From Chrysemys picta bellii (lineage: Eukaryota): a DNA stretch of 64,000 nucleotides. Shown in pieces: positions 63,723 to 64,000 of this stretch (within the stretch, counting starts at the first letter, position 1; each line of letters begins with the position of its first letter). Both the position numbers and the translations under genes were made by a program. Under the pieces are notes generated by a model. It saw nothing but the letters and a program-made list of their open reading frames with translations, did not search any database and was not told the origin of the DNA. The DNA is taken from assembly GCF_011386835.1 (NCBI RefSeq), contig NC_088799.1:86552001-86616000 (forward strand), in the 5' to 3' direction.

Positions 63723-64000
63723 TCAGTGTGGTCATATTCAGTAGAAAATAATGTTGATATAGTGCCTTCTCACTGATGTCTCACAATACGATCAGCAGAA
63801 GGCACCACAGCTACAAAGTAGGATTCAGCCACAGGCCATATTAAAATTTAGTGTTTGAGACATTTAGTCTTTGTGAAGCAAAAGAAATGGAATGTCACCT
63901 GCAGTTTGGAAGCTATTCCTAATGGCTGGAACAAAATGAAAATTGCCCACCACCACCCACCTGCCATTAAGCCCAATTTTCCCCTACATGGGGACTAGCC

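Noticed and set aside
55674-64000. Next CHRDL1 exon (expected ...SCEYNGTTYQHGE...)
   Set aside because: I found no matching sequence; it presumably lies beyond the window end.

Overview
Vertebrate (turtle, Testudines) genomic DNA, judged from the tortoise Pol III SINE, turtle-type CR1 3' ends, Penelope-like termini and hAT/Harbinger MITE families. The only confidently identified protein-coding gene is CHRDL1 (chordin-like 1, + strand). Three coding exons (49827-49923, 51782-51894, 55580-55673) give a signal peptide plus the first vWC/CR domain; the gene continues beyond the window, and its CpG-island promoter lies at about 45.4-46.4 kb. A second CpG island at about 22.4-23.7 kb is most likely the divergent PAK3 promoter (synteny inference only; no PAK3 coding sequence is present). 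The rest is intron or intergenic DNA with many transposon relics. The most unusual items are: (1) a 1.3-kb composite hAT element in CHRDL1 intron 4, with a perfect 8-bp TSD and three TIRs, carrying a CpG-rich cargo that looks like another gene's first exon (ATGGG|GTGAGT); (2) several Penelope-like termini carrying minimal dimer-type hammerhead ribozyme motifs, including an 85-bp fold-back copy and a 15-bp micro-insertion with a 12-bp TSD; (3) a minus-strand exon-like segment whose translation tentatively resembles the spastin AAA lid; (4) local duplications around CHRDL1 exon 4 and a phase-compatible candidate alternative exon; (5) a 34-bp micro-inversion inside a CR1. All family names and homologies come from recall and manual alignment, not database searches.
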